This document shows positions 15,701 to 26,572 of a stretch of DNA of 64,000 nucleotides, piece by piece. Position 1 is the stretch's first letter, and each line of letters begins with the position of its first letter. The position numbers and the translations under genes are program-made. This DNA is from Tubulanus polymorphus (lineage: Eukaryota > Animalia > Nemertea): contig NC_134029.1 in NCBI RefSeq assembly GCF_964204645.1, forward strand, positions 744,001 to 808,000, in the 5' to 3' direction. Under the pieces are notes generated by a model, which saw only the letters and a list, made by a program, of their open reading frames with translations, ran no database searches and was not told where the DNA came from.

Positions 15701-18344
15701 TTTTAATTCATCAACAACTCACGAAGAGAAAATGTTACACTTTTTTCTCTATCAAGAGATTGTGGGTTTGATATTTCGCTAAAACCTGCGTCGAATCATG
15801 GTTTATTTTTCTGTAGTGGTTTTTGTGTGTGGTTTATGTTGTTTAAACGGTTTACTGTTACCTTAAGTCTATCGGTTTAACGTAACGAACAAATCTCTGT
15901 TTCGCGAATCTTTTCAATCTTCAGATTTTATGTTCACGCAATATGTAACTGAATATCTTCCATTCTCGTATTGTCTCCGGTTGAGGTTTTATACTTTTTA
16001 ACGGCTAATTTTAGGTAGTCGTTCGCTTACATAATATCGAGCTTCAATCCGGAGCTTATTTTACAGTTGATATGAAATTCCACGGTTAGAAAGAAATGAC
16101 GAGTCGAAAAAAAGGTTTCCTTTAGAGAATGAAATATGTAAAAGTTTGCTGAAGAAGCAGTCGAAATGTTCAAATCATTCGCGGGATGGAAATCTTTTCG
16201 GGAATCTCTTTCTATCTGAATGCGGGATTTTCTACTACAATTTCTAACACGGATTAGGATTATTTTATCAATGTTTTTTTTTAAATTTTATTAACGAATT
16301 CAAATGAATTTTAAAACAGTTCATTTGGAAAACAAGTTTTAAAATGATGTATTTTCTCGATGACATACACGATGGTTCTATAGTAGACACGGCATCTAAA
16401 TCTAGTATTTCTCTTTTAGATCCACCGAATGATGCTTTTCATTTTGTGTTTGGTTTTCTTGAAAACATGTTTGTGATCTTAAAACATTTTTCGCTCGATT
16501 TAAAAAAGATTGAATCGATGATTAAAAACGGCCGGGAGCAATAAGGCGTCAGTGTTTGTAACCTATAGTCTCGTAACTGCAGGCTTTTAAACTTTATACC
16601 CATCGTGGATCATATGATATATTCTTCGTCGTTTAATTTCGTAATGTAGCTTTTTGATGTTCGAACGCGCTTGAATATAATTTCGTAAAATTGCAGTTTG
16701 CATTTCAAAAGGGACAAAAACAGTTTTCACGATGTACCTACTTGATTTTAGGGTGTAGTAAACTCGTGGTATTATTTTGAATATATTCAAGAGTTGTTAA
16801 AAATAACAATTTTCTGCCGTCGCCGCAATCAATATCAAAACACTAGAAACAAAATTTAATTTAGGGGAAGATTAACTGTTAACAGTTCTCCAATTTCTGC
16901 AATTTATTTTGATTTCGGGTTAATTTATTTACAGATATCTAATTCTATTCGACTCAAATTTGAATAAAACAATTTCCAACTGGATATGAATGATCAATGT
17001 GAAAATTCCTTATTATTAACTTCAGATTATGGAGGGTCTAATTTAACTAAAGGAATTAAAACTATTGCACTGCTTATTGCAATTATTGAATTATTAAATT
17101 AAGAATTAGTTGTAATTCTATTTCAAAGAATAACAATTTCTGGAGTATAATCTTACTACAGTTTACTACTACTTGAATATGAATCAACGAATTTGATTTA
17201 AAAAAGTTGAATATTGTCATTTTATTTTATCTATCAGATGAAGGGGCTTGCAGACCTTATCAAGCATACCTGTGATACCGATAGCGAAACATCAACCAAT
17301 CATAGCACAGTAGATAGCGGACGAGGCGGAAGTGAAGAAGACATTAACTTTAATTCGCGCAGAAACGATGACTCTTGCACAATGACGACGACAGTTTCAT
17401 CAGTCGACGATTCACCCTTTAAAGGTAGACATTTCTGGACCCAAGTTCAAGGTCAAGTGCATCTACTGTGACGTCACTGTACTGCACGACCACAATAGCG
17501 CCTGACTGTGACGTCACGGGAGGGCCTAATTTCCATTTAGTGGGCGTGAAATGATACACTCTTATGAGCTCTACAGTTAGTTTAGTTCCATGATCCGATA
17601 TTTTACAGGCATATAGAGGGAGAGGAGGGGATAGAAGGAGTCAGTAACTTTTCACTAAAAAACGATAGTGAAGAGGTGACTCGTGGGGTCGCTGTTGTCA
17701 GTAACTGGACTGGTTTTAGTCCTGGATCCCTATTTAACGCATCCCACGTTCTCTAGCTTTACTGAACTTGGTGTTGAATAAAATATGATTTTCTTGTTTT
17801 CTCGGCAGGTTACAACGAACATCGTCATAACAATATTCCAATTACCGATAGAATATGTGATTCGACAACTAGCAGTAATAACATCAGCGAACTATCGGCG
17901 GATAACTCGAAACTGTTTAATGATTCAAGTTACATCACTCCTGCGAATCGTGTTACCGTGTTAAACCTATCCGCTAAACTATTAAACACCGCCATCTGTG
18001 AGCAACCGGCCGAACTACCCAGACAGACGATCGATTCGCAGCCTTCTTACAAACCGCCGAAGAGTGGTGATACGCCTTGTACGATTAAAGGTAGCGCTCG
18101 CTGTCGGACTCGACGGCCTAGTGATACAACAAGTTTGGGTAGCGACGGTTATTCTTGTGCCGATATGGACACAGTTTTAGAATCTCCGGAAAAACCCGAA
18201 AATTATAACCATGACAATAATTCGGATAATATCAGCGAGGTCATCGACCCCGAACAATTGTGCAATGAAATAAACGACTTGTTTTTCGCGAATTCGCCAA
18301 CCGCGACGCAACAGCAGATGAACTGCGGATCTAGCTGGGTATAG
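2593..18344 (+). CDS. Protocadherin with 7 cadherin repeats (delta-1-like / lophotrochozoan type). Exons 2593-5313, 15462-15608, 17238-17424, 17809-18344; about 1196 aa
   Basis: ATG 2593 starts a signal peptide (MDIRLELLAVFLALMVIVNG). Six DxNDN/DxNDF-P linkers plus a seventh EC, DRE motifs, a Cys loop in EC1 and a TM helix (LIIVICLAAVSGILAIVLIIAIICI). Donor GAG|gtaagt at 5313. Three downstream exons join in consistent phase (0,0,1) and encode DSETS..DSGRGGSEED and LCNEINDLFF motifs, ending in SSWV. The first exon is certain; 15462-15608 is the least secure exon. Confidence 0.9.
5607..5737. mobile_element. Small TIR element (MITE-like) of the dispersed CAGTTCC...GGAACTG family
   Basis: ATCCAGTTCC at the left end and GGAACTGGAT at the right end. 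The same end motif recurs elsewhere in the window. Confidence 0.4.
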
Positions 18345-18957
18345 TTAAACAACACGGTGAATTTTACACTTCTCAAACCTCCAGTTTATTACCATTTTCA
18401 TGACCGCAGCTATTTCGAAATATCGAAATGAGATTTCTAAAGATGAGATTTCTGATTGTGTGTATTTGGATACGAAATGAAAGACGTTAAGGGAATATCT
18501 GAGATAAAACTGATTTCATCGGTCATAAAAGTGGTAAATAATTGCAGAATTGGAAATGTAATCAATTCACTGTTATATAGTTGATGATGCTTCTTCATTT
18601 TACAAATGGTGCTCAATGCGCGTCGTATTTGCATATTATATCAATACGCGTGGAACTACTTTTTTAAATGAATAATATATGATTTACATTCACCAGTCGC
18701 GATTTGTAGATATTGTGTATAAATTATAGTGTCTGTACATAGAAGCACTAAAAATCTGGTCGACGAATTTTCGTTCGTCCGGAATTGTAAAAAAGAATGA
18801 TGAGAAAATCTGCCTGAAGAAACAGGCTGTAAATATTATCAATCGTCTGTAGTAGAATAAATAGACTGTTGTAACCCGGATGTACGTCTGTCGATGGTAG
18901 TACTGCTTGAAAACCTCCGAGTTGAGACAATTCAACAACTCGAGACTTGAGAAACTA

Positions 18958-19130
18958 GACACAGTTCCACAATTTAGTTCCACAATCAATTTTACGTAAT
19001 AGTTAAGATTCGTTTAAGTTCAATTTCCGATTCAAAACCTAGAGCTGTTAACTCGAGAAAGAACAGAATCCTGGACCCAGTTCAGTTTGACTCATGAAGA
19101 GTTGAGATCAGTTCTCGATGGAACTGTGTC
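18958..19130. mobile_element. Small TIR element (MITE-like) in the presumed protocadherin 3' UTR, same end-motif family
   Basis: Perfect 12-bp inverted termini GACACAGTTCCA / TGGAACTGTGTC. Confidence 0.45.
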
Positions 19131-20497
19131 CTGATTTACGAAATTCAATTTTCAAATTATGATTTTGCTATGAGGACCCGTTCGGCTAGTACAATGCTTC
19201 CCAATACACCCAAACACCAGTTGAAAAAAAAGTAAATTTAGACGTCGGAAATGTAAAACATTTTGGAAAACGCTTCGTTTTTTAATAAAGATGTCATCCC
19301 GGGTGATTTAATGCTGAATAGATATAGATATCTTAATCGTAGGAAGAATTGAGAGAAATAGAGAGTAAACATTTCTATAGCTGATAAAACCTAGTTATAT
19401 TGTAGATATCTATATGTTAACTGTATATGAAACACCTGGCTTTATGTGTACGTATATAGAAACATTGTGTACAAACATAGAATTCTTATTCCATGTCAAA
19501 AATCGAACGATATTTTCATTAATTTGCGTCGGTTTTTTGACAAATAGTTTTGTCGTTATTTGTATTCTCGTTAATAAGCGTTTTATTCAGTTTTTCAATT
19601 CCGTTTTTCTTTTCTTTTTCGGTTTTAATCATTTCTTTTAAAAACGCACTTGAAACTTCAACGTCTAAACAACATCTTTTTTCGTGCAGCGATATTTGAA
19701 ATCAGTATTTCGTCGCTTTGTCGATGTTATCATTTCTGTTCTCGTTTTAATCGATATATACTTCGATTCTACAGCCGAACTAGCTGTCGGCAATATTTCC
19801 TTTTCATACTCAAATCGAAACTTGAAACCGTATTTTCTTTTGATGCGAAGTTTTGAAGATTGATTCTTTGAAACAATTCTGTATTCAAACGAACTTTAAC
19901 ATATCCGATTTAAATCGATATTTATTGAAGAGTTTCAGTTTCAGTCTCGATAAAAACTCATCTCATTTCGGTCCGGTTTTTTATAGACAGATTTTAGAGA
20001 CAGGAAGAAGTTTCTATCATTGAAAATAAGTTTTAGATGATTTTTATTGAAACTGCGAATAGAAATAAATTAAAGTTTGATATTTTTATTTGATATTAAA
20101 ACGCACTGTGGTGTCTAATATTGACAATCGCCTGAAGGTGTCGCTGGTTGCGTTAAGTGTAAATTGTATACCTGCTTTTAGCAGTAAAACTGTGTGTTAT
20201 TATCATTATCATAAATAAAGTGCATTTATGTTTGTTTTTATTGTTATTTGACCTGAGTTTCATAAGCTTCAGCGTCAATGGGATAATATTTCATAACTAT
20301 AAATATTAAATAAATTATATTAAAAAAATTTGTTTATTTGTTTGAACTTGCCGTTTGCGATTGTGCCATTATCACTGTGTGACGTCACGTGAGAGTGGAG
20401 CTGGCGACCGTGACGTTATTATGAGATACGATACAAGTGACGTCACAATAGACCTGTGCTGCACCACCACGCGGCAATTTACTGAACTAAGCGAGGA

Positions 20498-21070
20498 TGA
20501 GACCCTGGTAAGCGAGGATGAATCAATGAGTCCCTGGTAAGCGAGTATGAATCAATGAGACCCTGGTAAGCGAGTATGAATCAATGAGTCCCTGGTAAGC
20601 GAGTATGAATCAATGAGACCCTGGTAAGCGAGTACGAATCAATGAGACCCTGGTAAGCGAGTATGAATCAATGAGACCCTGGTAAGCGAGTATGAATCAA
20701 TGAGTCCCTGGTAAGTGAGGATGAATCAATGAGTCCCTGGTAAGCGAGTACGAATCAATGAGACCCTGATAAGCGAGGACGAATCAATGAGACCCTGGTA
20801 AGTGAAGATGAATCAATGAGTCCCTGGTAAGCGAGTATGAATCAATGAGTCCCTGGTAAGTGAGGATGAATCAATGAGTCCCTGGTAAGCGAGTACGAAT
20901 CAATGAGACCCTGGTAAGCGAGTATGAATCAATGAGTCCCTGGTACGTGAGGATGAATCAATGAGTCCCTGGTAAGCGAGTATGAATCAATGAGTCCCTG
21001 GTAAGCGAGTACGAATCAATGAGACCCTGGTAAGCGAGGACGAATCAATGAGTCCCTGGTAAGCGAGTAT
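20498..21070. repeat. 29-bp minisatellite, about 19-20 copies
   Basis: Unit GAATCAATGAG(T/A)CCCTGGTAAGCGAGTAT repeated in tandem. Confidence 0.97.
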
Positions 21071-21384
21071 AGTATGTGAGGATGGAATATGAGATTAGTT
21101 TTACGATGATAAGACCATTATCAGAACATGATAAACGATGTGTGATAAGAGTTGATAAGTATATATCATTGAAGAAAAGCTTGAGTAATTGAGTTGTCGC
21201 AAACTGGCGGTTAGCAGACAGTAATTACCGTTACAATCACTATCTATTCGATGAGCGCGAGACAGAGACGGAGAGAGAGAGGAAACATCAGTTATAAACA
21301 TGTCCAGTGAAATATATACAATTAATATTCAGTAAATAACTGTGATCATATTCAATTATCATATAAATACGTGTTGGGGCAAGG

Positions 21385-22053
21385 GGGTGGAAGCCAGGTA
21401 ATGGAGAGGGAGCCAGGAGAGGGAAGGGCCAAGAGAGAGGGAGAGGGAGGAGGAGCTAGGTAGTGGAGAGGGAGCCAGGAGAGAGGAGGGGTAGTCAGGG
21501 AGAGGGAGAAGGAGCCAGGTAGTGGAGAGGGAGCCGGGAGAGAGGAGGAGGAGCCAGGTAGTGGAGAGGGAGCCAGGAGAGGGAGAAGGAGCCAGGAGAG
21601 AGGAGGGGTAGTCAGGGAGAGGGAGGAGGAGCCAGGTAGTGGAGAGGGAGCCGGGAGAGGGAGAGGGAGCCGGGAGAGGGAGAGGGAGAGGGAGAGGGAG
21701 AGGGAGAGGGAGAGGGAGAGGGAGAGGGAGAGGAGAGGAGAGGAGAGGAGAGGAGAGGGAGAGGGAGAGGGAGAGGGAGAGGGAGAGGGAGAGGGAGAGG
21801 GATGGAGGGAGAGGGAGAGGGATGGAGGGAGAGGGAGAGGGAGAGGGAGAGGGAGAGGGAGAGGGAGAGGGAGAGGGAGAGGGAGAGGGAGAGGGAGAGA
21901 GGTAGAGAGGTAGAGAGGTAGAGAGGTAGAGAGGTAGAGAGGTAGAGAGGTAGAGGTAGAGGGAGAGGGAGAGAGAGGGAGAGAGAGGGAGAGAGAGGGA
22001 GAGGTAGTCCAGGGAGAGGGAGGGAGAGGTAGTCCAGGGAGAGGGAGAGGGAG
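21385..22053. repeat. Polypurine low-complexity repeat, (GAGAGG)n with GGTAGAGA and GGAGCCAGG variants
   Basis: Nearly pure G/A strand over about 670 bp. Explains the ORFs at 21359..22114 and 21639..21905. Confidence 0.97.
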
Positions 22054-23857
22054 CAGTATACGGCTGTAGGGTCAGTACTCGTCGGAAAGTCAACCCCGTT
22101 TTGTATGTTAACACTTGTCGCCGTGCACTGTTGTTACGTTACTGCTGCTGTCTCTGTTGATAATTAGTCTGTCATTCCTCCGTTAATACCAGATAACAAC
22201 GTTAATCTTACAGTTCTAGCGTTGACGCTGAATATCGCGAGTAATTTTCAGTTGACAAGAAAATCGCTTTCATCTCCTCTCGCGTCTTTTTAACGATTCC
22301 ATCTCGACGTATCTTAAGTCGGCTCTAACTAACCTAGATAATTGGGGCTCAACTTTAACTTATCGTTACAACACGGCCCGTCAGATTCTGAGTTTGACTT
22401 TTGTGCTCTATATCAAAAGAAATTTAGTTTACCGCATACCATTTACCATAACTTCAACACTTCGAAAGGCCGTTCCGTCGTGAGGTGATCAAAGGTCCAG
22501 CACACCAGCTGAATAATGCTATTCTTGGCTCGCGTGCGGATGAGTTTTCCATCGCATTTTGCCATTCGCCAAAGTATTGGGAAACTAAACCCGGCCGAAT
22601 GACGCAAAGCAAGCAAGATAAGATGAGACAAACGTAGCAACATGGTAGGTTGGCCCAGAGTCGAGAGACTAGAGGTTTCGGATGGGCAACTGAGCATGGA
22701 TAGGCTGGATGAGAATACCAATGAGCTCGTGAGGGCATGTGGTTGGATCTGGTCGCAACTTGTGAAAAAAAATGGGATGAAGACAGCTGAAAAGTAACTA
22801 CGACAACCTGTTCGAGACATTCCAGAAAACTAAACCCGCAGACGAATTGGTGATAAGCTCGTATTCCTGAAGATGACTGTTAGTCGAATAGAAAGTAGCT
22901 CGATGAAACATTTTCGGACTCGTTTTTCTTTTGTATCGCGTTGGAACCCGTATTAGATTTACACAGAAATAGAAAATCGACATTGAAGGGAGAGCAATTT
23001 TAACGACAATAGCAGGCGTTGTCTTACACCGAGTCGGCTACCCAACCTCTCTCCCAGAAGAAGATATAAAAGAAAAGCTACGTTTACAGATAAAACTGAT
23101 AATTGATTGTTATGTTATTCGATATGATACATTAGAAATCGCTAATGGCACCAGTCGAAAAACTCAAGAACTTTGTTTAGCAAGTTGAATAAGTGTCTAT
23201 GATATCTATAAATAAATCTACATTCATCTTTTCGATTTCTAAAAGACTTCGTTGTATAAGAGTGGTTTAGCGCGCGATCGATCGAATTTTTGTGACACTG
23301 TTGCCGCAGGTGTCAACAAATGTTATACGATACTAAAATATATGAAGTCTTTTGGTCTTTCAATGATAGTATTTTGAGTTAAACGGGATTCAAACGGTTG
23401 AGTTACTGGAAAGTGAAGATTTTAATGGATTTAGCTCTCCTCAAAGTAGGCCTACGTAAACTTCTGACTGCAACTGTCGATGTTCATTTTGACTCAATCA
23501 TAGTCCTTGATTCATTGGTTATTAACCAGATTAACTAAAGATGTAATCAATAACTACCCGTGGCGCCTAATTAACCCCTGGTGAGCGATTGTTCAATCAA
23601 CCGGAATGTTTTTGTACTACGGGGCTCCTAGTAACCCGACACCTGCCGAGGTTAGGTCCTATGATAGGGCACCTATCAATTACAACTAATCATCGGTTGT
23701 TGTTACCCGGTTAGACCGTGAGATTAGATACGTATTTTACCATTCTACCTCCATATCAACCAACAGACAACTATTGTAATGAGACAAATGAAAGATAAAC
23801 CTGATGGTATATTAGGGGCTCGAACTTAATACGTAGGTGAAGCTTATAAATAGAGCA

Positions 23858-24165
23858 TAGAACTATAATCGAACGGGAAGGCCGACTCCTCAAAAATCCG
23901 CTAGGCGCCGCTAGCAAGGGCAAATGTTAATTGTAAATAGTACACTGTATTTGTATATATTGTAAATACTCTTGTTATGTTTTTAAGATATTTTTTATTT
24001 TTTCTCTCGATATGTAAATATTTGTAAACAAAATCTTTTTTTTTCCTCCACGTACCATGGAAATGGTTGGAGAGTAATAAATTATCTTATCTTATCTTAT
24101 CTTATCTTATCTTATGAAGTTTAGTGACGTCACGGAGTTGGCCTTCCCTTTCGCTTATAGTTCTA
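23858..24165. mobile_element. MITE-like element with about 32-bp imperfect TIRs and an internal (CTTAT)n
   Basis: Left end TAGAACTATAATCGAACGGGAAGGCCGACTCC; reverse complement of right end TAGAACTATAAGCGAAAGGGAAGGCCAACTCC (3 mismatches). No clean TSD. Confidence 0.65.
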
Positions 24166-26572
24166 AGCTAGAGTTAAACCGCTTACAACCAATATCCGTA
24201 TAGTAACATTCACCTCAGTTCGAGCCCCGCGTAGAAAACACGCATAAGAGATGTGTAACGATACATTTAGCCGTTAAAGGGTTAAATTACTACCACGCTA
24301 TTAAAGTGGATTATTTTCGGTATTCGACGCTGTAATGCGGAAAGGATTTATGGACGATTTACCCGTAAAAAATGAAGATGGAAAAAATAGCAGCTGTATC
24401 GGGTGGGAATCTGGTGGTCAGTGACTGCAGTGAAGTGTTAATAACAAGTCTGATCTTCATAATACCCCGTCACCATCGATGAAAAAACCTAACCAAGTGG
24501 CTTGCGCACATTTCCCCCCGAGGGTTCGTGCTTTCTCTATTCACTATCGTGTAATTATTTTCCGCTGATTCCTATTGTATGTGTGTATCAGTCAGCATCC
24601 ACAACGCGATATCAGCGCGTTAGTGTAACTGTATCATTGGTCATCTATCCAGCCCTGGTCAAAGCTTCCAAAAAACTGTGGATAATCCGTAATGCACAGC
24701 AGCACAATGCGGAATGCGACAGTGCGGGGATTATAGTGATACGATGAGCCTGAGAACGAGCAGATAGTATTCTATTTATAATCTAGAAATCACTGTAGAA
24801 ATATGGAGATGTGATGGTCATTGATAACTTCCAATGACCACAAGCTTAGACGTCAGTTCGTCAATGTTTTTGTTAAAGTGGAGACACTTAAACAATATGT
24901 ATCTGTTACTAAGACATACTTACTATTTTGAGACACCTAATTCGTGCGCCACCGGACTATTGCTAAGTATAAAGAGGTATATCGCCATTTTTATTTGTGA
25001 AATATTCGATCAGTATTTCTGAATCACAATAATATAAGCTGATTTACATAGAATTCAGGAAACATGAAATATCGAGAGTGCGGCTCCTGAAAAACTTTGA
25101 AAGCCCCTCGGACAGTGAATTTATAAAATTTTTGCTAAAACCGAAGCCAACTAGATAGAAATTCCTTTCGAACTAATGGAACCGAAATATGAGCGGATTT
25201 GTCATCGACATGGCTCTGATGATCGTACGTGCTTCTGCAATAACGCGCTCTCATGAAACTGACACATTTTTTGCTTGTCTGACTCTGACTATCCGGAAAA
25301 TAAAGCCATTACAACCGATAAGATCTATTGGGTATCTCTATTAAATGCAATCACATTACGGGACATAACCTAATTGATAGAACAAATTGAATGTAGCCTA
25401 CGCGATATTAAGTAGCATATTACTGAATCGATACTTTGTGTCAACTATCTTCAGCGATCCGATGGCCAAACACTCTCCTTCTTACGTCATAACGGATACA
25501 TTCATTCAAAATAAAAAAAAATCCAGGCCTCGTCAGATTTCACATAATTGACTCGCTTCCGAATAACATGTTGTTCGGGGTCTAGACACTAGTCGCGAGA
25601 TGGGCGTTCCAAGAAGAAACAAGGGTGACGTGCGTCTGACATAAACATGAAAATAACAGGGGTCAGACGCTGAAAAGTTGGTTACAAAAAATAACCAGCA
25701 GATTACCATCACTTCGGATTCCGATCGCTTCGATGGAGACAGGCCCCAGCATGAATGATCAGCTCAGTAAATGGCGTGCATCTAACATTACCTAGTATTG
25801 TATTTAGCTGATGATCTAAGATTGAATTATTTGGTACTGCTTTGATTTTGGTTACGGTTTATCTTGCTTTTGGTTTTCGAGTTGTTTCACGACGGAACGA
25901 CTTTGTTAGTGTTGTCGGAGACTGTGGAAGCAGCCAGCGTGACTAGAAACTATGTATTGGAGTTGAATAAATTGCGGCGTTTTTTGTAGTTTCAGTAATC
26001 GCTAATTCATTGACATCAGATCCTCACCGTCATGTGCTGTCTCTATATATAACGAAAGCGGTGAATAAGTGAACTAACCAGACTCCCAATAGTCCTACTG
26101 TGGTATGCGAGTAATATATTAGTTCACGCATTAACCGTTAATGATATGGGGCAGCACATGACGGCTTGATATTACACATAAATTGATAGTCCTACTGTGG
26201 CATGCGAGTAATACATATTTTACAAATTTCAATGAAAAATGGCAAACCATTAGAAAAGTACATTTTTGCACTAAAGTTACGTTTAGGGTAGACCAAGACG
26301 ATCCATTGAAGCGTCTTCAAAACTTCCTAAAATAAATAGATTCCGTCTACCATGATGGATGAGCGAACACAAAATCCGAAGTCTCGAGTGGGTTAAAAAC
26401 ATAAAATAAGATCATGAATGAAGAATATATATGAACAATGTGTTTATTGAATATTTTTCGAACAGGTTACAAATTCAAGATCGAAATGTAAGCTTTATAC
26501 AAAATATACAAAATAAATAAATACATGTATCTACAAGATAGTCCGACAGTCGTTGAACTACCCATGCGCCAT

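Noticed and set aside
20498-21070. Possible CRISPR array, or hammerhead-like repeat (TGAGTCC...GGA[CT]GAA)
   Set aside because: Units are contiguous with no unique spacers, the context is eukaryotic and there are no cas genes. The hammerhead core CUGANGA and GAAA are absent.
21359-22114. Pro/Ser/Leu-rich and Gly/Glu/Arg-rich ORFs
   Set aside because: Low-complexity (GAGAGG)n translation artefacts.
22443-22820. 125-aa and 94-aa minus-strand ORFs in a GC-richer patch
   Set aside because: No recognisable motif in any frame, and NAXD already terminates at 26573. Possibly a TE relic but unsupported.
22867-22892. CTGAAGA-TGAC-loop-GTC-GAAT resembling a minimal hammerhead ribozyme
   Set aside because: GAAT replaces the required GAAA, and I found no stem III/NUH cleavage site or stem I.
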